Assembly (NCBI GenBank): GCA_005884925.1
Contig: VAYU01000024.1
Location: 41,120-105,119 of the forward strand
DNA length: 64,000 nt
Reading direction: 5' to 3'
DNA from: Actinomycetota bacterium
GTDB taxonomy: Bacteria; Actinomycetota; UBA4738; HRBIN12
The position numbers and the translations under genes were made by a program. This document shows, one piece after another, positions 59,871-64,000 of the stretch. The number at the start of each line of letters is the position of its first letter. The stretch's first letter is position 1. The notes beneath the pieces are model-generated. The model was not told the DNA's origin, did no database searches, and saw nothing but the letters and a program-made list of their open reading frames with translations.

Positions 59871-61256
59871 ATGGCCGACCATGCGTCCGGCGCAGCCCTC
59901 GATGTCCCCGATCTGGCGATCGAGCTCGGTGCCCTTTTCGCCGACGCCGGTCACGAGCTCTACCTCGTGGGCGGGAGCGTCCGCGACCTGTTGCTGGGGC
60001 GGGACGTGAGCGATCTCGACTTCGCCACGAGCGCTCACCCGGCAGAGACCACGAAGGTGCTCCATGGGTGGGCGGACCGCCGGTACTTCGTGGGCGTTCG
60101 GTTCGGCACGGTGGGCGCGCTCAAGGAGGGGACGCGCCTGGAGATCACGACGTTCCGTCAGGAGGTCTATGCCGAGCAGGACCGGAAGCCGGCCGTCACC
60201 TTCGGGCGGGACATCGAGACCGACCTGGGCCGACGAGACTTCACGATCAACGCGATGGCGGTCTGGCTGCCGGGCGGCGAGCTGATCGACCCGCACGGTG
60301 GGGCGAAAGCGTTGGGCGCGCGCGTCCTGGACACGCCCACGGATCCGGCGATCGCGTTCTCCGACGATCCGCTCCGGATGATCCGCGCGGCGCGGTTCGT
60401 GGCGCAGCTCGACGTCGTGCCCGCCGAACGGGTCATCGAGGGGATCCGCGCGATGCGGGACCGCCTCGACATCGTGGCCGTCGAGCGGATGCAGGCGGAG
60501 ATCGACAAGCTCCTCGTTGCCGAGCATCCGGCCAAGGGGCTCTCGTTGCTGGTGGACACGGGCCTCGCGGACGTCTTCCTTCCGGAGCTGCCGGCCCTCC
60601 GACTGGAGCAGGACCCGGTGCACCAGCACAAGGATGTGCTCCGGCATACCTACGCGGTGGTCGAGCGGTGCGAGCCCGACCTGGTCCTTCGACTGGCCGG
60701 TTTGCTCCACGACATCGGCAAGCCGAAGACGCGACAGGTCACCCCCGAGGGGGTGAGCTTCCATCACCACGAGATCGTTGGCGCACGGATGGCCAGGGAG
60801 CGGCTCACCTCGCTCCGGTACCCCAACGCCATCGTGGACGACGTCTGCACCCTGATCGAGCTCCACCTCCGCTTTCACGGGTACGGGGAGGGGTGGACCG
60901 ATGCGGCGGTCCGACGGTACGTGCGTGACGCCGGGCCCCTCCTCGACCGGCTCAACCAGCTCACGCGCGCCGACGTCACGACCCGCAACGCCGATCGCGC
61001 TCGCCGCTTCGCCGCGTTGCAGGACGAGCTCGAGGAGCGGATCGCGGCGCTCGCCGAGCAGGAGAACCTCGAGGCGATCCGCCCCTCCCTCGACGGACGC
61101 CAGGTGATGGAGCGCCTGGGGGTGCCGCCGGGTCCGGTCGTCGGTGAAGCCCTTGCCTACCTGCTGGACGTGCGGATGGAGCGGGGCCCGATCTCGGAGG
61201 ACGAGGCCTTCGTCCTGTTGGACGCGTGGGGGAAGGAGCGCGGCCTCGCCGGTTGA
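59871..61256 (+). CDS. cca: CCA tRNA nucleotidyltransferase (HD-domain, actinobacterial PcnA type)
   Basis: Start MADHASGAALD. GGSVRD and DLDFAT head motifs. HD domain (LLHDIGK). Confidence 0.88.
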   Translation: MADHASGAALDVPDLAIELGALFADAGHELYLVGGSVRDLLLGRDVSDLDFATSAHPAETTKVLHGWADRRYFVGVRFGTVGALKEGTRLEITTFRQEVYAEQDRKPAVTFGRDIETDLGRRDFTINAMAVWLPGGELIDPHGGAKALGARVLDTPTDPAIAFSDDPLRMIRAARFVAQLDVVPAERVIEGIRAMRDRLDIVAVERMQAEIDKLLVAEHPAKGLSLLVDTGLADVFLPELPALRLEQDPVHQHKDVLRHTYAVVERCEPDLVLRLAGLLHDIGKPKTRQVTPEGVSFHHHEIVGARMARERLTSLRYPNAIVDDVCTLIELHLRFHGYGEGWTDAAVRRYVRDAGPLLDRLNQLTRADVTTRNADRARRFAALQDELEERIAALAEQENLEAIRPSLDGRQVMERLGVPPGPVVGEALAYLLDVRMERGPISEDEAFVLLDAWGKERGLAG

Positions 61257-61268
61257 CCCCCGCGGCGG

Positions 61269-61595
61269 CTACCAGAGCGACACGCCGGCCGCGCGACTGA
61301 GGCGGTCGAGGCTGGCGGCGTCCCCGCGCCAGTGCTCCCGGATCACCTCGGGGCCGGCGCTGCGCACGAAGTGGCGCACCACCAGAGCGGCGAGCACGGC
61401 GTCATCCACCTGACCGATGAACGGCACGAAGTCGGGGAGCAGGTCGACCGGGGAGACGATGTAGGCGACGGTGCCGACGAGCAGCACCTTGCTGCTCCGC
61501 GGCACCCTGCGGTCTTTCAGCAGATCCCGGAAGAGCAGGACGATGTTCGGGATGAGCGAGACGAGCTCCTTCGGCGAGATCGTCCGGCTCCGCAT
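61269..61595 (-). CDS. DUF1232 (YkvA-like) membrane protein
   Basis: LLPDFVPFIGQVDD motif. Confidence 0.65.
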   Translation of the reverse strand: MRSRTISPKELVSLIPNIVLLFRDLLKDRRVPRSSKVLLVGTVAYIVSPVDLLPDFVPFIGQVDDAVLAALVVRHFVRSAGPEVIREHWRGDAASLDRLSRAAGVSLW

Positions 61596-61624
61596 AGAGG
61601 AAGCCTACCCGCGGATCCGGTGCG

Positions 61625-62302
61625 CTAGAGCCCGGTCCACCGTGACGGAGGCCAGACCAGGAAGAACGCCTTCCCGATGATCGCGTCGCGCGGGATGAAG
61701 CCGAGCCCGAACCGCGAATCGAGCGAGTTCGAACGGTTGTCTCCCATCACGAAGTAGGAGTTCTTCGGGACCTTCGTGCGCGGGAAGTCCCGCGTCTTCA
61801 CACTTCGCGGCAGGTAGGGCTCCGCGATCGCGATGTCGTTGACGTACACCTTGCCGTGCTTCGCCCAGACGGTATCGCCCGGCAATCCGATCACGCGCTT
61901 GATGAAGTCCTCGTTGTCGGGCTTCTGGACTCCGACCGCCTGGAAGAGCCAGTGCGTGAACCCTCCGACCACACCGCGGTCCGGACGCTTCGACGGGTCC
62001 GGGTCCTCGAACACGATGATGTCGCCGCGCTTCGGGTCGCCGAAGTAGTAGGGGATCTTCGTCACCAGCACCCGGTCCCCGCTGCAGCCGGTGCATCCGT
62101 GGAGCGTCGGCTCCATCGACGCGCTCGGGATGTAGAAGGCTTGGAAGAGGAAGGTCTTGATCAGGATCGCCAGGACGAGGGCCATGATCACGAGCCCGGG
62201 CAGCTCGCCGAGGAAACGGAGGATCGGGTTCCTGGGACGCTCACCGGTCGCCTTCGCTTCGGGCGCCCGCTTGAGCGCCGTGCGCTCGGCTTCGGTCTTC
62301 AC
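61625..62302 (-). CDS. lepB: Signal peptidase I
   Basis: IPSASMEPTL (catalytic Ser box) and GDNRSNSLDSR (box E). Confidence 0.9.
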   Translation of the reverse strand: MKTEAERTALKRAPEAKATGERPRNPILRFLGELPGLVIMALVLAILIKTFLFQAFYIPSASMEPTLHGCTGCSGDRVLVTKIPYYFGDPKRGDIIVFEDPDPSKRPDRGVVGGFTHWLFQAVGVQKPDNEDFIKRVIGLPGDTVWAKHGKVYVNDIAIAEPYLPRSVKTRDFPRTKVPKNSYFVMGDNRSNSLDSRFGLGFIPRDAIIGKAFFLVWPPSRWTGL

Positions 62303-62305
62303 GGC

Positions 62306-63391
62306 CTACAGGGTATCGGCTGCGCCTGGTTCGACCATGAGATGGACCTCGACCGCCTTGAACGACGCCCACACCAGGGTTCCCGTCTGGATCGCCATGC
62401 GGCCCGCCGACCCGGTCGTGATCTCGGCGACGAGCCGCGGCGAGCTGTCGAGGCGCACGCGTGCTCGATCGCCGAGGATCGCGACCTCCTCCACGACACC
62501 CTGAACCACGTTGCGGGCGGATCCCTCGGGCCGGGCGGCGTGCAACGACACGTCGGCCGGCCCGAGGGTCGCGAGCACGTCATCGAGGGGATCGACGGCC
62601 ACGCCGTCCGGCCACGGGACGGTAACGACGCCGTCCGCGGTCTCCAGCGCGCCGGCGCCGGCCTCGAGCGGCGTGAGCCGGCCAGCGAACAGGTTCATCC
62701 CGACGAGATCCGCGGCGTACCGTGTTCGCGGTGCGTCGCGGATCTCCTCGGGCGTGCCGGTCTGGGTGATCCGGCCATCCTCCAGGACGACGACTCGGTC
62801 CGCGAGCGTCATCGCCTCGACGGGATCGTGTGTGACGAGCAGACGGGGCCCGTCGAAATCGCGCAACGTCCGGCGCAGGAGCGCGCGGAGCTCGGCACGC
62901 GCCGAGACGTCGACGGCCGAGAGCGGCTCATCGAGGACCAGGACCCGCGGCGCGCCGGCGAGGGCGCGTGCGAGGGCCACTCGCTGGCGCTCTCCGCCGG
63001 AGAGTGCCCCCGGCTTCGCGCCGGGGTCGATCCCGGGAGCGAGCCGTCCGAGGAGGTCGAGTGCGTGCGCGCGCGCGGCGCGCGATCGCGCGCCACGCGC
63101 GCGCACCGGGAAGGCCACGTTCTCCAGCACGCTGAGATGCGGGAACAGCACGCCGTCCTGGAACGCCATCCCGATCGGGCGGCGCTCGGGCGGCAGGCCG
63201 TGGATGGGCACGCCGTCGAGCAGGATGTGGCCGTGCGCGGCAGGGATGAGGCCGGCGATCGACTCGACGATCGTGGTCTTGCCGGCGCCGTTCGGCCCGA
63301 GGAGCGCGAGGGTTTCGCGGTCGCCGGCGGAGAACGCCGCGGCGACGATCACGTCGCCGCGGCGCACTTCGATCCCCGCCTCGAGAACCAT
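62306..63391 (-). CDS. modC: Molybdate ABC transporter ATP-binding protein with a C-terminal TOBE/MOP domain
   Basis: Walker A GPNGAGKTT, signature LSGGERQRVALARAL, and a C-terminal MOP domain. Confidence 0.85.
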   Translation of the reverse strand: MVLEAGIEVRRGDVIVAAAFSAGDRETLALLGPNGAGKTTIVESIAGLIPAAHGHILLDGVPIHGLPPERRPIGMAFQDGVLFPHLSVLENVAFPVRARGARSRAARAHALDLLGRLAPGIDPGAKPGALSGGERQRVALARALAGAPRVLVLDEPLSAVDVSARAELRALLRRTLRDFDGPRLLVTHDPVEAMTLADRVVVLEDGRITQTGTPEEIRDAPRTRYAADLVGMNLFAGRLTPLEAGAGALETADGVVTVPWPDGVAVDPLDDVLATLGPADVSLHAARPEGSARNVVQGVVEEVAILGDRARVRLDSSPRLVAEITTGSAGRMAIQTGTLVWASFKAVEVHLMVEPGAADTL

Positions 63392-63403
63392 CGGGCCCGT
63401 CCC

Positions 63404-64000
63404 CTAGCGGATCCCTGTGAGCCGGCCGCCAAGCGCGACCAGCACCGAGACCGATATGACGACGAGGATCAGCGAGAGCACGATCGCGCCTCCCGGGTCG
63501 ACCTGACGCGCCTGGAAGACGGCGAGCGGCATCGTCTCGGTGCGGCCGGCGAGGTTCCCCGCGAACGTGATGGTTGCCCCGAACTCCCCCAGCGCACGGG
63601 CCCACGTAAGGACCGCGCCAGCCGCGAGCTGGGGCGCAACCATGGGCAGGGTGACCCGCCGGAACACGTACCAGGGCGATCCGCCCATCGCCGCCGCCGC
63701 CCGCTCGTAGCGCAGGTCGAGACCTCGGAGTCCCGCTTCGGTCGCGAGCACGACGAGCGGCATCGACACGAACGTTGTGGCCACCACCGCGCCGCCCGTC
63801 GTGAACGTGAGCTGGATCCCCAGCGCGTCATGGAGCCACCGGCCGACCAGCCCGCTCCGACCGAGCGCGGCGAGCAGCCCGACGCCCCCGACGACGGGCG
63901 GCAGCACGATCGGCAGGACGACGGCTGCGCGGAGCAGGTTCCGACCCGGGAACTCGCCTCGGGCGAGCACCCACGCGAGGGGGATGCCGACCGCGACCGA
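63404..64000 (-). CDS. modB: Molybdate ABC transporter permease, C-terminal part; 5' end beyond the window
   Basis: EAA loop (YERAAAAMGGSPWYVFRRVTLP). It follows modC. The ORF is open to the window edge. Confidence 0.8.
   Translation of the reverse strand, partial: SVAVGIPLAWVLARGEFPGRNLLRAAVVLPIVLPPVVGGVGLLAALGRSGLVGRWLHDALGIQLTFTTGGAVVATTFVSMPLVVLATEAGLRGLDLRYERAAAAMGGSPWYVFRRVTLPMVAPQLAAGAVLTWARALGEFGATITFAGNLAGRTETMPLAVFQARQVDPGGAIVLSLILVVISVSVLVALGGRLTGIR

Overview
This 64 kb window is a high-GC (about 70%) actinobacterial chromosome segment centred on the replication origin. On the plus strand, rpmH-rnpA-yidD-yidC-jag-rsmG-parA-parB (39949..45479) run divergently from dnaA-dnaN-recF-dciA-gyrB-gyrA on the minus strand (30910..39690). 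The dnaA-dnaN spacer carries perfect TTATCCACA DnaA boxes, so I call it oriC. Further along the minus strand lie an Rv0007-like DUF3566 membrane protein, tRNA-Ile, a roughly 6.6 kb segment, tRNA-Ala, and cydAB immediately after the tRNA. To the right of parB lie ddl, an aminotransferase and an F420-type LLM oxidoreductase. Next comes a minus-strand cluster whose gene order matches M. tuberculosis Rv3908-Rv3915: NUDIX, a DUF6049-like protein, murJ, an ECF sigma/ZAS anti-sigma pair, trxB, trxA and a CwlM-like amidase. TauE, an orphan pilT and a small membrane protein are inserted into that cluster. After it come cca, lepB and modCB. The left 18 kb holds two ABC exporter genes, a penicillin-acylase-family Ntn hydrolase, crgA, gdhA, an S9 peptidase, an orphan CoxL-like molybdopterin subunit, a PQQ-dependent sugar dehydrogenase and a tandem SagB-type dehydrogenase. 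It also holds an uncharacterised minus-strand operon: a two-TM coiled-coil membrane protein, a secreted M15 peptidase and a YbjN-like protein. The most notable single anomaly is a frameshift that splits gyrB into two ORFs. I found no transposase, integrase, CRISPR array or rRNA. Most long ORFs in the six-frame track that lie opposite real genes are GC-driven antisense artefacts.
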